In this document: one piece after another, positions 28,393 through 39,634 of the stretch
How the letters are laid out: every line of letters begins with the position of its first letter
How positions within the stretch are numbered: the stretch's first letter is position 1
From: Candidatus Micrarchaeota archaeon
GTDB lineage: Archaea; Micrarchaeota; Micrarchaeia; Norongarragalinales; SBBD01
Length of the DNA stretch: 64,000 nucleotides
Direction: 5' to 3'
NCBI GenBank assembly: GCA_018819225.1
Contig: JAHJQN010000007.1
Span: 109,456-173,455 of the forward strand
Notes under the pieces: model-generated
What the model was told of the DNA's origin: nothing
Databases searched by the model: none
The model's input: only the letters and a program-made list of their open reading frames with translations
Made by a program: the position numbers and the translations under genes

Positions 28393-29946
28393 CTATACTC
28401 CATTTCCTCCCAGCAAATCCGCCGGTTGAGGTGTCGGCGAGGGCTTATCATCATCTGCATCCAGTGTTGGCGTGGGCGCGGCAATCGTGGGCGTCGCACT
28501 CGGCGTAACATCCGGCTCCAATTCCGGTTCGCCGGGCATCGTGGACTTGTTCTTTACCGCGATGAGTACCTTCTTTACGTAATGCATCCACGTCAACGCA
28601 TTTTTAATCGATACGCGTAGTTGAGGCAGCGTTTCCGCTTCCTCGATTTTCGTTAACAGGTTTTCCCCACGCGTAATCGCGGCATCCAAACGTTCCACGG
28701 CATACCCCGCTTCCTCCAACCGTACTTTGATGGCTTTCAGCCTCCGAATCGTTTGCTTTATGGCTTGAACCCGTTCCTTAACCGCATTCTTCCAATGAGT
28801 GGCCAACCGGTTTTTAGCGTCCGACCATTTCTCCCGCACGTCTGAAACCACGTCCTTCTTCTTTTTCAGGGTCCCTGCCGCCGCAAACGCTTCCTTTTGA
28901 CTTTCCACGTATTCTTGCGCTTCCTTTATTTGTTCTTCCGTCAAATACCCGCTTTCATAAAGTCGGTTGATACCCTCCGACATCTTGCTCATTCGGAACT
29001 TGACGTATTGACTCACGCGATTCCGATTTTCTTTCTGACATGCGACGAGGTCAACGGCATCCAGGCAGTCGACTTGTCCGACCTGAAACTGTTCATGATA
29101 GCACGTTTTCAAGTCTACGGCGTTCACGCATGCGCTTTCGCGGGCATGATTCTCATCGAGTTCCCGAGCGCATTGTTTGACTGCCGCCGTATCCGCGGCC
29201 TGACCTGAACTCGTCGCCAAGCACGCATTCAATTCCTTCAAGCACGAACTCTTCTTTCCAACGGAATCCAGGTCCTTGCAGGTCTCGCAACGCGATTTCG
29301 CCGTATCGTCTTCAAAAACACTGCAGTCAATTTCCACGTCTTTTATGGCTAACCCGAACCGCTTCACGCAGTTGCGCACGTCTTCCGCGTTGTCGCTGGT
29401 CCGTTGGCATTCCGCGACCCCCGGCGCGACGTCATACGCGTGCGTGGTCGCCACTTTGAGCGCGAGCAAACATTTTTTCTTGTCGGCGCTATCCAGGTCG
29501 TTGCACTTCGTGATCACTCCGGAAACCGCCGAAGCGATTTTAGGCGCAGCGCCTTCGGTTCCCGCAAACTCGTCGAGGCACTTCTTTCTGGACTTTTCGT
29601 TCGTGATGACGAGACATTCTCTCTTCTTGACGAATGGCAAGTCGGAGGTCACTTGATCCTGAAGTTGCTTCTGGCAATCATCCCTGTTGGAAATCGCGAC
29701 GGCATTGCATCGCTTGTAATCCGTATTTCCTTCGCTATTGATTTTTTTGAGGCACGCCACTTTTTCGTCATCATCCGTAATGGCGTTGCATCGGGAATAC
29801 GCATTCGTGTAATCCGCGGTTTTTCTCGCGAGGGTGGGGGCGTCATCATCTTCTCCGTATTGCCCGGTTCCCGTAACCGCACCGACTATCGGCGTCAAAA
29901 ACAGGCCTACGGCAGCCATCAACAGCATCATCATCGAAAATTTCAT
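28393..29946 (-). CDS. Secreted Cys-rich repeat / coiled-coil protein
   Basis: Signal peptide, about ten C-x(8-12)-C helical hairpin units, helical C-half, Pro/Thr tail; GGAGGTGA SD. Confidence 0.75.
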   Translation of the reverse strand: MKFSMMMLLMAAVGLFLTPIVGAVTGTGQYGEDDDAPTLARKTADYTNAYSRCNAITDDDEKVACLKKINSEGNTDYKRCNAVAISNRDDCQKQLQDQVTSDLPFVKKRECLVITNEKSRKKCLDEFAGTEGAAPKIASAVSGVITKCNDLDSADKKKCLLALKVATTHAYDVAPGVAECQRTSDNAEDVRNCVKRFGLAIKDVEIDCSVFEDDTAKSRCETCKDLDSVGKKSSCLKELNACLATSSGQAADTAAVKQCARELDENHARESACVNAVDLKTCYHEQFQVGQVDCLDAVDLVACQKENRNRVSQYVKFRMSKMSEGINRLYESGYLTEEQIKEAQEYVESQKEAFAAAGTLKKKKDVVSDVREKWSDAKNRLATHWKNAVKERVQAIKQTIRRLKAIKVRLEEAGYAVERLDAAITRGENLLTKIEEAETLPQLRVSIKNALTWMHYVKKVLIAVKNKSTMPGEPELEPDVTPSATPTIAAPTPTLDADDDKPSPTPQPADLLGGNGV

Positions 29947-30106
29947 GTGGGTGTCACCTCCGAACAGAAACACTCTAATCGACGGTTCCGTCGTATATAA
30001 GCCTTTTGGATTTCTCGAACAAAAACGGGCTTTTTTTTATTCCCGTCGCGTTCGTTTTTTCGTTCTTTATCGAAACCTTTTTGAATGACGGAGCGGTTAT
30101 GCTGGC

Positions 30107-31690
30107 ATGGATCTTGACGAGGCCCTCCGCAGCGCTAAAGCCGAGCGTAAGCCGTCCCGAAAGAAATCGGATGCCGTCCCAGCGGACGTTTCTCACGATT
30201 CTAAAACGTTGCCGGTGTCTTCCCCGTTTCCGGTGCCATCGGAGACCGGGGAAAAAGTATTGGTCGAGAGCTACGGGGACGTTCATATCTACAAGGAAGA
30301 GGGCGAGCCGTTATACTGGTACGAGATTCCGGCACCGCACTTACGTGGCGAAGAAAAGGCATTGATTAGCACGCTGTTGGAAATTGCTTCGGGAGTCATC
30401 GGGGAAGCGGAAGGACTTACCGAATCCCAGAAGCGCACGAAATACCTTGAAAAAATTCTGCAGATCATCGAGGCGACTCCCGAGCTGAAAGTCCCGATTC
30501 ACGCCAAACAGTTTTATGCCGAAGCCGTGGTCAAGGAAATGGTGGGGTACGGGCTCATTGACCCCTTGTTACAGGATGAGAGTCTGGAAGAAATCATGAT
30601 TATCGGTCCCAAGCGCCCGGTATTCGTTTTCCACCGCAAGTACGAGATGATGAAATCCAACATTATCTTTTACGAAGATCGGGACATCCGAAACTTAATT
30701 GACAAAATGGCCCGTTCCATTGGTCGCCGCATCGACATTCAGGCGCCTCTCTTGGACGCGCGCCTTCCCGACGGTTCGCGTGTCAACGCGACCATTGCGC
30801 CGGCGAGTATTGACGGCTCTACGCTCACTTTGCGAAAATTCCGAAAGGATCCGTTGACGGTCATTGACTTGATGAACAGCGGTACCGTGAGTTTGGAGCT
30901 TGCGGGTTTCTTGTGGCTCATATCCGATGGGCTCGGCGCGAAACCCGCCAACATTCTCGTGGCCGGAGGAACCGCCTGTGGGAAAACCACGACGTTAAAC
31001 GTGTTAGCTTCGTTCGTTCCATTGGATGAACGCATCATCAGCATCGAGGATACGGCCGAATTGAACTTGCCGTTGGAGCATTGGATTCGTTTTGAAGTCC
31101 GGCCCTCCAGTGCGGAAGGCACGGGAGAAATCAACATGGACACGCTCGTTAAAAACTCGTTGAGAATGCGGCCTGACCGCGTGATCGTGGGAGAAATCCG
31201 CGGGGCGGAGGGCTTCACGATGTTTACTGCCATGAATACCGGTCACCACGGTTGCATGGGCACGGTGCACTCGAATTCCGCTGACGAAACCATTGTTCGT
31301 TTGGGCGCGCCGCCCATCAGCGTTTCGCCGGTCATGCTTAATGCGCTTAATTTCGTCGTCATGCAGCACCGCATTCACGACCGGCGAAAAGGCGTTATTC
31401 GTAGAATGACGGAGGTCGCCGAAGTCATTCCGGGAGGAAAAAGCGGGCCGACCGTTCAAGACATTTTCCGTTGGGACCCCGCGAAAGACGAGATTCTTCC
31501 CACGGGATCCACGAGCCATTTCCTGCAAGAAATCGCGAGTTTTTCAGGTCTCACGCTCAAGGACATCGAGGAAGATATTGAGGAACGTAAACGGATATTG
31601 GCGGAATTGCAGCAAAAAGGATTCCGTTCGCATCGCGAGGTGTGCGACGTAACGCAAAGTTATATCCTGAAGAAACGAGGTCGGATTTGA
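30107..31690 (+). CDS. CpaF/TadA/VirB11-family secretion ATPase
   Basis: GYGLIDPLL, ARLPDGSRVNA, GGTACGKTT, LRMRPDRVIVGEIRG, NTGH. Confidence 0.93.
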   Translation: MDLDEALRSAKAERKPSRKKSDAVPADVSHDSKTLPVSSPFPVPSETGEKVLVESYGDVHIYKEEGEPLYWYEIPAPHLRGEEKALISTLLEIASGVIGEAEGLTESQKRTKYLEKILQIIEATPELKVPIHAKQFYAEAVVKEMVGYGLIDPLLQDESLEEIMIIGPKRPVFVFHRKYEMMKSNIIFYEDRDIRNLIDKMARSIGRRIDIQAPLLDARLPDGSRVNATIAPASIDGSTLTLRKFRKDPLTVIDLMNSGTVSLELAGFLWLISDGLGAKPANILVAGGTACGKTTTLNVLASFVPLDERIISIEDTAELNLPLEHWIRFEVRPSSAEGTGEINMDTLVKNSLRMRPDRVIVGEIRGAEGFTMFTAMNTGHHGCMGTVHSNSADETIVRLGAPPISVSPVMLNALNFVVMQHRIHDRRKGVIRRMTEVAEVIPGGKSGPTVQDIFRWDPAKDEILPTGSTSHFLQEIASFSGLTLKDIEEDIEERKRILAELQQKGFRSHREVCDVTQSYILKKRGRI

Positions 31691-32839
31691 TTGGCGGACG
31701 ATTCATCGGGCAAGCTGGACAAAATCAAACAGGCCATTGAACGCCGTGACCTAGAAGATGCCCCGTCCCGATCCGATTCGCCTCTCGACGAGCGCGTTTC
31801 GGAGATCGTCAAGCGTTTGAAGGAGAAGGACGACCGCAAGACCGGTATGCAAGGCCCGGAACAACGGTATGAACGCATCAAGGCGCGCATTCAAGGAACA
31901 TCGACTCCCCTTTCAGTCAAAACGCGTAATCTCTCGAAAATTTCGGGGGACAAACCGATTCATGAAAGCGCGTACCTTTCCATCATCGGAAGCTTTTACG
32001 CGAGCATGAAAGGGCCTATTGACCGGGTCACCAACTTTGTTTCCGACATTCCCATGAGTCAAAACTTGAAAGAGAATCTGGATTCCGCTGGTATCAACAT
32101 CAACCCCGAGGAATACCTGATCATTGTATCCGCTCTGGCCACCGGATCCTTCATTCTGATGCTCTTTCTATTCGGGGCGATCAGCCTGGCGGTAGCGGAC
32201 GTGTCCCTATCCATTCTCTCCCCCATCATTGCGGTAACGTCTTCCGTTCTGGTCATCGTGCTGGGCTTGATTTATCCTTCCGTGGTCGCGAACGAACGCG
32301 CCTCTAAAATCAACCGCGAGCTTCCATTCGCTTTAAGACAATTGGCCACGCAAATCAAGGCCGGGGTCAGTTTTCATAAGGCTCTGAGCTCGCTGGTCAC
32401 GTCTCGCTACGGGGTATTAAGCGAAGAACTCGAACGCGTGTTGAAGGACATCGAGCGCGGTTACAGCACGGAACAAGCGCTGGTGCGTCTCATCGGACGA
32501 ACGAAAAGCCGCGGTTTGAAAAAAGCGGCGGTTCAAATCTTGAGGGCACTTAAAAGCGGTGGAAATCTTTCCAACACGATTTCGGCAATTGCGGACGACG
32601 TGTCGTTCGAGCTGCGCATGAAAGTCCGCGATTTTACCGAGAAACTCAACTTCATTTCCGTGGTCTATATCATGGTAGGCGTTGTGGGTCCTGTCGTGGT
32701 CACCATCCTGTCCAGCATCGCCCAACTGCCTTTGATCGGCGGCAATTTTCCGTTCGAATACATTGTCGTTATTTTCACGTCCATTATTGTGATGATGCTC
32801 ATCATTCTCTTCATTATCAGTCGCATGGAGCCCGGTTAA
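31691..32839 (+). CDS. Type II/IV secretion F-domain (TadB/TadC) membrane platform protein
   Basis: INRELPFALRQL, YGVLSEEL, SGGNL; follows the ATPase. Confidence 0.88.
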   Translation: MADDSSGKLDKIKQAIERRDLEDAPSRSDSPLDERVSEIVKRLKEKDDRKTGMQGPEQRYERIKARIQGTSTPLSVKTRNLSKISGDKPIHESAYLSIIGSFYASMKGPIDRVTNFVSDIPMSQNLKENLDSAGININPEEYLIIVSALATGSFILMLFLFGAISLAVADVSLSILSPIIAVTSSVLVIVLGLIYPSVVANERASKINRELPFALRQLATQIKAGVSFHKALSSLVTSRYGVLSEELERVLKDIERGYSTEQALVRLIGRTKSRGLKKAAVQILRALKSGGNLSNTISAIADDVSFELRMKVRDFTEKLNFISVVYIMVGVVGPVVVTILSSIAQLPLIGGNFPFEYIVVIFTSIIVMMLIILFIISRMEPG

Positions 32840-32840
32840 T

Positions 32841-33752
32841 ATGGCCAATACCGACATTATTCAGTTAAAAATCGATGAAATGCAGCGCTACTACGCCGCG
32901 ACGGGTTTCAAGGTCTCTTTCCTGCTTTTCGTTGCCATGATCTTTTTCTTCGCGACGCTCGTGGCGACGGTTATGCTTCTTTTTTTCAACGACGTGCTCA
33001 CGGCGTTCGTGGCGTTCATTGCGGTACTGACTCTCGCCGTGGTCATTCCGGTCAGTATTCGCGGCAACCGAATCGAAGCGATTGAAGGGAATCTGCCGGA
33101 TGCCCTCAAACACATGTCTTCCATCTTGCGTGCGGGAGGGACTACGGAAGACGCCCTCGAGGAAGTGGCCAACTCGGATTACGGCCCTCTCAGCACGGAG
33201 TTGAAAGTCGCCCTCATTCAACTCAAGGAAGGCAAGCCGTTCGACGACGTCTTATACGATGCCGCCATGGATTCCGGTTCCGAGCTCTTCCGACGAACGG
33301 TCACGATTATTATTGACGCGAAGCGTGCGGGAGCGGGATTAGCGGACGTCATGGATGCGATTGCGGAAGACGCGCGCGATTTAATCCGCATCCAAAGAGA
33401 ACGCATGTCCCGTACGACCATGCCCGTTCTCTTCCTCTACATTTCGTCGTTATTCCTGGCCCCCTTCATTTTCGGGTTCACGCTCACCATCGTCATCTTC
33501 ATTGGTTGCGGGCTTCAAGAAGCGCTCGGTGGGCAAACCATGGCCGTCGGCGCACTCAAGACGCTGATCGTGGCATTTATTGCCCTGCAAACCACCATCG
33601 CGGCGCTGGCGATCGGCATTATTCGTGAAGGAAAAGCGTTGAAGTACGTCATGCGCGCGCCCTTCATGATTCTCATCTCCCTCGTATCCTACAACGTGGG
33701 TTTCATTATCGGCGGCATGTTAATCGGGACCACGGGCGGTTCGTGCGTCTAA
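32841..33752 (+). CDS. Type II/IV secretion F-domain (TadC-like) protein
   Basis: IEGNLPDAL, DYGPLSTEL, AGAGLADVM. Confidence 0.88.
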   Translation: MANTDIIQLKIDEMQRYYAATGFKVSFLLFVAMIFFFATLVATVMLLFFNDVLTAFVAFIAVLTLAVVIPVSIRGNRIEAIEGNLPDALKHMSSILRAGGTTEDALEEVANSDYGPLSTELKVALIQLKEGKPFDDVLYDAAMDSGSELFRRTVTIIIDAKRAGAGLADVMDAIAEDARDLIRIQRERMSRTTMPVLFLYISSLFLAPFIFGFTLTIVIFIGCGLQEALGGQTMAVGALKTLIVAFIALQTTIAALAIGIIREGKALKYVMRAPFMILISLVSYNVGFIIGGMLIGTTGGSCV

Positions 33753-33821
33753 ACCCGTTCCGACGCCTTTATATCCCTGCGCGGCCTAAACTATTTGTTG
33801 TGCTGATTCTACGGGATTACG

Positions 33822-34949
33822 ATGTCTACGAAACGTGATTATTACGAGATTCTGGGGGTTTCCCGCGATGCGCCCAAATCCCGCATCAAAGAAGCCTACC
33901 GGAGGCTGGCCCTCCAATACCATCCCGATCGCAACAAAGCCCCGGATGCGGAAGAAAAATTCAAGGAGATTTCGGAAGCCTATGCCGTGCTGAGCGATGA
34001 AGAGAAACGGGGCAACTACGATCGTTTCGGTCACGCCGGATTCGAGCGCATGTATTCTTCGGAAGACGTATTTCGAAACGTCAATTTTGAAGACCTGTTC
34101 CGCGAAATGGGTTTGGGATTCGGTGCGTTCGGAGAAGAACCGGGCTTTCACAGCATTTTTGAGAATGTGTTCGGCGGCGGTTCCCGGCGAACGCAAGGAG
34201 AAAGCCTGCGGATCCCTCTGGACATTACGCTGATTGATGTCTCACAAGGCGTTGAAAAAACGTTGAACATTGCTCGCTTTAAATCCTGTACGGCCTGCAA
34301 CGGATCCGGTTCACAAGACGGACAAAAAGCCGTGTGTTCCCGCTGTCATGGCGCCGGTCAAGAACAGCGGATTCGAAGCATGGGTATTTCGCAATTCATT
34401 ACGCTGAGTACGTGTTCCGTTTGCCATGGAACCGGCGGGATTATCCGAAACCCGTGCAAGACGTGTCACGGTTCCTCTCGCATAAAAACCAGTGAACGCA
34501 TTCGTGTGAAAATTCCTCCGGGAGTGGAGGATGGATTCGTACTCCGTGTCAAAGGGAAAGGAAATGCGGCCGAGGACTCACGCGTGCCGTCCGGGGATCT
34601 TTACGTGGTGGTTACCGTGATCGAACACGACCTTTTCACGCGCGACGGCTCTTATTTATTGATCGATGCCGAAATCTCGTTTTCGGTCGCGGCACTCGGC
34701 GGAATAATCGACGTGCCTACGTTGAAAGGACACGCGTCCCTCAAGATTCCGGCGGGCACGCAAACGCATACCGTGTTTCGATTGCGCGGAAACGGCTTAC
34801 CCGATCTGTCTTCGCATCATGTCGGCGACGAACTCGTGCGCGTGATCGTTAAAACGCCGGAACGACTTTCCAAAAAACAACGCAACCTCTTGGAGACGTT
34901 TGCCGGTGAACAGCCTACCAAGGGATTCTTCAAGCGCTTCTTCCGTTAG
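33822..34949 (+). CDS. dnaJ: Chaperone DnaJ
   Basis: J domain with HPD, four CxxCxGxG-type repeats, C-terminal domain. Confidence 0.95.
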   Translation: MSTKRDYYEILGVSRDAPKSRIKEAYRRLALQYHPDRNKAPDAEEKFKEISEAYAVLSDEEKRGNYDRFGHAGFERMYSSEDVFRNVNFEDLFREMGLGFGAFGEEPGFHSIFENVFGGGSRRTQGESLRIPLDITLIDVSQGVEKTLNIARFKSCTACNGSGSQDGQKAVCSRCHGAGQEQRIRSMGISQFITLSTCSVCHGTGGIIRNPCKTCHGSSRIKTSERIRVKIPPGVEDGFVLRVKGKGNAAEDSRVPSGDLYVVVTVIEHDLFTRDGSYLLIDAEISFSVAALGGIIDVPTLKGHASLKIPAGTQTHTVFRLRGNGLPDLSSHHVGDELVRVIVKTPERLSKKQRNLLETFAGEQPTKGFFKRFFR

Positions 34950-35386
34950 ATGCACCGCGTTCGAATCATTCCGTCCCGACCTTTCTGTAGCCCGCACCCC
35001 GACCGATCCTCATATTGAGAACAAACGCCTCCTTTCGAACCCGTTGTTTGGTTAACACTATGCGGCTCGCAAAGTCCCTGACACTGACTATTGTCGTCGC
35101 AATCCATTCCGTCATCCGTAGTCTTAAACACGCAATACCCGGTTCCCGAATAAAATGAATACTGATAGAGGCCTCCGGCCAATGCGCATGCTTCTTCCGT
35201 GTAACTGCTGGACGTTCGAATCAGGGCAGTCGCGGAAGGCACGCTCAGCGGCGGAGTTGAAATCGTTTCTTTTCCTGCTTCGTCCAGTACGGGTGGCGAC
35301 GTCGTACTAATCGGTTGTTGTTCTTCCGTGGTCTGAAGACAGCCTAGCGTCAGGAGAACCATCCACATCCATCCGGCTCCATTCAT
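34946..35386 (-). CDS. Cys-rich lipoprotein
   Basis: LGC lipobox; [13 protein letters not shown] motifs. Confidence 0.7.
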   Translation of the reverse strand: MNGAGWMWMVLLTLGCLQTTEEQQPISTTSPPVLDEAGKETISTPPLSVPSATALIRTSSSYTEEACALAGGLYQYSFYSGTGYCVFKTTDDGMDCDDNSQCQGLCEPHSVNQTTGSKGGVCSQYEDRSGCGLQKGRDGMIRTRCI

Positions 35387-35478
35387 TTGATTCCATTCCC
35401 TTGGGCTTTCACGTCCGCAACCATTTTATACTTATACGCTACTTGTTCCTATGGGCAAAGAGTTTTCAGGCGTTGATC

Positions 35479-38400
35479 TTGAAGACCTCCTTTGCCATTC
35501 TGGTTCTGCTGCTCTATCCTTCGTTTTCCCACCCGATTTCCGAATACACCTATCTGTTTGAACCGCCGGATCCGTCGATTCTTAAAACCTATTTCGCGGC
35601 ACCCGACTGTCGTCCGGCACTCTCTTTGAATATAGACGGCCTCGCCATAAACAAAGCGGCCCGTTTTCAAGAAAGCCTTTCGCGGTATGAATCGGCGAAA
35701 TGGCACCTCCAGAAAGCACAATTTTACGCGCGCATGGAATATCCTGCATTGTTCGCTTCTTATCCGGTTTACAAACTCTCTGTCGCTCTTTGTTACCGTC
35801 ACTTGTTCGAATCCATCCGGTACGCTTCTCAAAGCGCGCAAGAGGGTTTACGGTCGTTGGAACTACCAATTGTCGAGTTTAATCGAATGCAAGACGAAGC
35901 CCATGATTTCACGCGGGGCGTTCGGAATGAATTGGACGCGTTCCATATTCAAATGCAGCAAGGCCAGCGAAACGGTATCGCTATCGCGCCTCGCATTTTG
36001 CGCGCTGCAGATGCCCTTTCCGAGCTGCGCAGTTTTCCGGATACCTCGAATGATTTTCGAGCGTTAACGCTCCTAGTCTCCAAAGACTCGGTGTTATCCG
36101 AATCCTTCGAGCTCGGAACGCGTTTGGATGATGCCATGCGCGAGATGGTATTTCGAGACCGTCATTTAGCCGAACAAGTCGCTCTTCGAGTACTTCAAAT
36201 AAACCGGCGCGAAGACGATGCGCGTGCCAATGGTTTATACTCGATTCAAGAAGACAAATTAACGTTGCGCTTTACTTCTTTTATGGATTCTCGCGAACTC
36301 GTTCCTTCCTTCTCATTACGAATTTCTCAAATGAGGAGAATGGTGGAGGAAGCGAACTTGTTATCGGATCAAGCCCGATCCATTTACGAAAAAAACAACG
36401 AAGGGTATTTGAGTCGCGCCATTATCAAGCGACAAGACGCGTTACGGCTACTGGATTCCGTTTTACTGGATTTTGACGTTTTGGAAACTGACGCCCGATA
36501 TCTTCAGCATGAGCTCGAACAAGAAGTGCGCCTTCAATATTCGGATGTCGCCGATCGCATTGAATCTCGCCGTCATCAACCGCTCGTTTACTCGTTATTG
36601 CTATCGCTTCAAGACGAGTATCTATCCGTTGAAGACGCGTACTATTCCCTTTCCAACGTCGGAACAAAAATAAATCATTTATTTATTCAACTTGAAAAAC
36701 TGGCGTTCATTAAGGAAATGTCGGGGGCCACCGATGCATACGTCTATCTCTATTCGGACACGCGAGCTCAATGGACTGCTTTAGAATCGATTCGAAATGC
36801 CGCCGTGGAGGATCGCGTACCCCTATCGGAAGAAACCGAACGCCTACGCGCGATCTCCTCCTCTTTGAACGCCTTAGCCGAGCCGAATCAACCAAACGCT
36901 CAAGCGCTCCAGCATCTTCGCGAGGAAATGAGTGTTTTGAAACAAACCCTGTTTGAGAAAGTGCGCAACGCCTATCCATTCATCGAACGCGATTATTCTT
37001 TCCTATCCCGTTATCGCAACGAATTGCCTCCCGCTCTTCAAGAACGCCTTCTGGAATTGGATGTGCACTTTTCAAACGGACTGCTGGATTGGGAACAACA
37101 AGTCGGTTCGCTGCATTCCGTTCAACTCCTTCTACGGGAATCCCGCGCCTATCTAACCCTTCAAGCGCCTCGCATTCTTCAAGCTCATTTGCAAGAGGGC
37201 CTCGTGATTCAAAGTGAAACGTTGCCCGCCCGAATCGGAGACCCGTCTCACTTTATTTTACACGTTTCAATGACCAACCGTTTATCGCTTGAAACCGATC
37301 AGTCGCTTACCATAGCGCTACCCGATTGGATTTCATCCCCCCATCTTCAAGCGCATTCTCCTGAGATCTCATTATCCTATCGAGACCCGTCCCCTGTTCT
37401 GCTCATTCAACCCGTGGAAACCGATTCCTTTGCCGCTCAACTCTCCTTTTCTCGCGTCGTGACGCATTTCGTCGAGGATCGCACCACAACGGTTTATGCG
37501 ACCGAGACCGAGGCCATGAACCAGCGGTTCATCCGATTCGATGCGGATAAAGCCGTTCCCGTTTTACTGGAAGTGTCGCTTGATTTTCCCGTTGATTTTT
37601 CCATCGAGACGTCCCTTCCCTATCGCGTTGAAGACCGATCGCCATACTCCCTTCGATTTATTGTGAACGCTTCCGAAGGCCGTCATGAGGTCCGCGTCGC
37701 CTATCGGTGGGCGGAACCGTTTCGCATTGAATGGAGTATCCCTGAGCTGGACGCGGAGTCCACCCTATTACGGGTTTCCATCACGAATCGCTTTGCCCCT
37801 ATTTCAGACGCCTCCATTTCCCTCACACCGCCTTTTCCTTGCGAATCAGAACACCTTTCTATTCTTCCGTTTTCCCCGGATTTGATTTCCTCGATTCAAT
37901 CGTTAGGCTCATCTCACTGGATTTCCTTGCACTCGTCGCACTGGAACCAGAAAGAGACGAAACAAGCGCAGATTTCTTTACGGTGTCCAAGTGCCTTGCA
38001 CGAATGGACCGATTCACAGCTTTCTGAAATTGAACGCATGATGCAATCCTATCCCTCCGTCAATCCGGAATGGGAGCGTGAGCTGATTCGGGCGCGCGAA
38101 TCCATGCAGAACGGCGATTTAATCGCCGCATATTCTCAGATGGAGACGGTCCGTGCTCATTTATATTCCGCCCCGTCTCCAGCGATTATTCCGGTATGGT
38201 CTCCTACCCCCTCCCCCGATCCCCTTCCGTCTCCCTCTCCGTCCGTTCTCCGAGCAGAACCATCCTCAATCCACACGTTGAGGGAACGCATTTCGTTGAA
38301 GTTGAGTCAATTCGAAGACGTGTTTTTTACGCCGCCTGAATGGCGCTCTCAAGTGACCCGACTGCCTTCCTACCGGAATGCCTCTTTCTCCGCAAATGAA

Positions 38401-38829
38401 CTCGAATCCATTCTCCATACGCTCGATTCCCGGATTTTTTCCGAGTCTGATGAAATCGCGCCGATATCACGAGAGTGGCTATCCGCCCAAGAGTCTCAAG
38501 CGAATCCGCATATCCTTTCATTGGAAGAATCGATTCGTGCGATTCAGGCGCAAGCCGAACAAGCGTTATCGATGGCTCGCCAAAGACTTTATTCAACGAG
38601 CGATGAAGAGGCTCTCACGCTATTGAACCAAGCGGGAACATGGTCCGCTCGCGGAGCATATGCCTCCGCGTATGTGATGGCGACTGAAATCAATGGACGA
38701 ACCATTCCCGCTTCGGATGACCCCAAATCCCTTCTCTATATTATTCCGTTGATTCTGGCGGCCAGTGGTTTATTCTTCTATCTTTGGAAACGAAACGCCT
38801 CCTCGTTTTCTGAAGACGTGATAGAATGA
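35479..38829 (+). CDS. Giant secreted/anchored coiled-coil protein of unknown function (start uncertain)
   Basis: Signal-like N-terminus from TTG 35479 (ATG 35451 is out of frame by one G), long helical regions, beta-rich middle, C-terminal TM; ATGA-coupled to the next gene. Confidence 0.7.
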   Translation: MKTSFAILVLLLYPSFSHPISEYTYLFEPPDPSILKTYFAAPDCRPALSLNIDGLAINKAARFQESLSRYESAKWHLQKAQFYARMEYPALFASYPVYKLSVALCYRHLFESIRYASQSAQEGLRSLELPIVEFNRMQDEAHDFTRGVRNELDAFHIQMQQGQRNGIAIAPRILRAADALSELRSFPDTSNDFRALTLLVSKDSVLSESFELGTRLDDAMREMVFRDRHLAEQVALRVLQINRREDDARANGLYSIQEDKLTLRFTSFMDSRELVPSFSLRISQMRRMVEEANLLSDQARSIYEKNNEGYLSRAIIKRQDALRLLDSVLLDFDVLETDARYLQHELEQEVRLQYSDVADRIESRRHQPLVYSLLLSLQDEYLSVEDAYYSLSNVGTKINHLFIQLEKLAFIKEMSGATDAYVYLYSDTRAQWTALESIRNAAVEDRVPLSEETERLRAISSSLNALAEPNQPNAQALQHLREEMSVLKQTLFEKVRNAYPFIERDYSFLSRYRNELPPALQERLLELDVHFSNGLLDWEQQVGSLHSVQLLLRESRAYLTLQAPRILQAHLQEGLVIQSETLPARIGDPSHFILHVSMTNRLSLETDQSLTIALPDWISSPHLQAHSPEISLSYRDPSPVLLIQPVETDSFAAQLSFSRVVTHFVEDRTTTVYATETEAMNQRFIRFDADKAVPVLLEVSLDFPVDFSIETSLPYRVEDRSPYSLRFIVNASEGRHEVRVAYRWAEPFRIEWSIPELDAESTLLRVSITNRFAPISDASISLTPPFPCESEHLSILPFSPDLISSIQSLGSSHWISLHSSHWNQKETKQAQISLRCPSALHEWTDSQLSEIERMMQSYPSVNPEWERELIRARESMQNGDLIAAYSQMETVRAHLYSAPSPAIIPVWSPTPSPDPLPSPSPSVLRAEPSSIHTLRERISLKLSQFEDVFFTPPEWRSQVTRLPSYRNASFSANELESILHTLDSRIFSESDEIAPISREWLSAQESQANPHILSLEESIRAIQAQAEQALSMARQRLYSTSDEEALTLLNQAGTWSARGAYASAYVMATEINGRTIPASDDPKSLLYIIPLILAASGLFFYLWKRNASSFSEDVIE

Positions 38830-39617
38830 ATCGAAACGAGCTATTTCGAGCGGCTTCTCTATCCGTCTTTGCCATCGTATTTATCTGGTTTCGTTCCTTT
38901 TCGATCGCCCAAAAAATCATGTTAACTCCCGTAACCGCGGTGGTTCCCTTTTTGCTCTTCCGTGCGTGGCGCGATTATTCCGAAGAACAGCGTCAACGGA
39001 CCCTCGAAAAAGAGATTCCTTACGCCTTATTTCATGTAGCGGTTTTTCCTGCTTCCACCTCGTTTGAACAACGCGTGGCCTCCTTATCGGAATCCGGAGT
39101 CGGACAGATCGCTTCTGAGTTCGAACGAGTTGGCCAACGATTGCATCGGGGTTTCTCATTATCCGAAGCCTTTGAACCCTTTCTTCATCGAAATCAATCT
39201 CGCCTCCTCCATCGAACCGTCCGTTTTATTCAAACCATTTATGAAACCGGTTCCGATGCGAGTGATGCATTTAAGCGATTAGGGGAGCACGTGTTGCAAT
39301 TGCATCAGTTGGCGCAAGAACAATTCGCCATGCATTCCCTCCAAAAATATACGGTTTTGCTTTCGGCCGGGCTCTTGATTCCCTTTATTCTCGGCACGTT
39401 GTTTTCCACCAGTCAAACGATCGATTCCAGTTCGGCCTCCCTTTATTCCACCATGCAGTTCGTCATGCCCCTCTACCTCGCCCTCTTTTCGGGGGTCGCC
39501 TCCCTTTTTCTTGCGCTGCAAGAAGGTAACATTAAAAAGGCCGTATTCTATCTTTCTTTGGTAGGGCCGTGTTCGCTTCTCGTGTTTTCCGTAACGAGTC
39601 GCTTCGCCCTATTATAA
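38826..39617 (+). CDS. Third type II secretion F-domain protein (divergent)
   Basis: LEKEIPYALF, GVGQIASEF..RG, YETGSD, LQKYT. Confidence 0.75.
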   Translation: MNRNELFRAASLSVFAIVFIWFRSFSIAQKIMLTPVTAVVPFLLFRAWRDYSEEQRQRTLEKEIPYALFHVAVFPASTSFEQRVASLSESGVGQIASEFERVGQRLHRGFSLSEAFEPFLHRNQSRLLHRTVRFIQTIYETGSDASDAFKRLGEHVLQLHQLAQEQFAMHSLQKYTVLLSAGLLIPFILGTLFSTSQTIDSSSASLYSTMQFVMPLYLALFSGVASLFLALQEGNIKKAVFYLSLVGPCSLLVFSVTSRFALL

Positions 39618-39634
39618 AAAAAGGTGTTACCCCC

